A DNA stretch of 64,000 nucleotides from assembly GCF_006345805.1 (NCBI RefSeq), contig NC_043003.1, forward strand, positions 12,524,001 through 12,588,000, in the 5' to 3' direction. The notes beneath the pieces were generated by a model, which made no database searches, was not told the DNA's origin, and saw only the letters and a program-made list of their open reading frames with translations. The translations under genes and the position numbers were made by a program. Source of the DNA: Octopus sinensis. Lineage: Eukaryota. Within the stretch, counting starts at the first letter, position 1. Each line of letters begins with the position of its first letter. Of the stretch, positions 63,393 to 64,000 are shown one piece after another.

Positions 63393-63413
63393 CGTTTTTT
63401 CTGGGGAATTCAG
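63393..63413 (+). CDS. Candidate 21-nt microexon (RFFWGIQ in phase 0)
   Basis: tttctcatatttcag acceptor, CAG|gtaaat donor, frame-preserving, phase matches the exon ending at 60606; no transcript evidence. Confidence 0.45.
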
Positions 63414-63884
63414 GTAAATTGTAACATCTTCAAAGAAAGCTTCTCTGTTGTCGTTTTTTTTTTATTTATTGTTGCTTTATTTATGTTATGGTTATTTCTT
63501 ATATTTTCATTATTATTATTATTATCATTAATATTATTTCTCTTGATGTTGTTACTGATATATTCTTAGTTCATACAAAAACACATTTATACACACATAC
63601 ATATCTACAAAAATATATTTCTATAGGTAAATAGCTATTTACATACATACATGGACACATGCACATTTATGAATACGGCAAAGAAGTGATAATCCCAGGT
63701 TGAAGTAAGCCTTATGAACTGGTTTCAATCTCAGGATGTAGTTACTTAACTTCTTAGAATTAATGAAAAGTGAAATAGCTACAGCTAGAAATTCTTCTTT
63801 GACATAGAATTTCCCTTTCTCTACGAATTTGAAGATTTTTAATTACAAAAGAAAATCCTTATTACAGCTATCTTCATTTATCAT

Positions 63885-64000
63885 GAATCATCATCATCAT
63901 CATCATCGTTTAACGTCCGCTTTCCATGCTAGCATGGGTTGGACAGTTCAACTGGGGTCTGGGAAGCCCGAAGGCTGCAGTGTTTCTACAGCTGGATGCC
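63885..64000 (-). mobile_element. SINE family C 3' end
   Basis: (CAT)n tail and family C body running off the window end. Confidence 0.85.

Overview
AT-rich eukaryotic genomic DNA, densely packed with tRNA-derived SINEs, LINE fragments, MITEs, Helitrons and microsatellites. The repeat complement looks like an octopus (coleoid cephalopod) genome; this is inferred from repeat recognition, not from a search. The window lies inside one large + strand gene whose phase-compatible exons (22621-22682, 49727-49811, 55707-55813, 56352-56406, 60455-60606) translate to SEIEKLKKAVDSLMLANEEK|DRRLEDYGKLLRRYKKIEEMLIQAQGRR..., matching the end of the liprin-beta (PPFIBP) coiled coil and its linker. Nearly all ORF-track entries are repeat-derived or random. 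Main findings: (1) a small element combining a tRNA-like Pol III head, a (TAA)n linker, a minimal Penelope-type hammerhead ribozyme and a 31-bp inverted copy of its own 3' end (29355-29644, second copy 346-497), plus a second hammerhead-like family at 36881-36916; (2) candidate in-frame microexons and an alternative terminal/start exon module of the liprin-beta gene (26817-27050, 63393-63413); (3) an inverted pair of young Helitrons bracketing a frame-symmetric exon pair; (4) a 187-bp tandem array built from a hAT MITE end. Repeat boundaries are read by eye and are approximate unless TSDs or TIRs are quoted.
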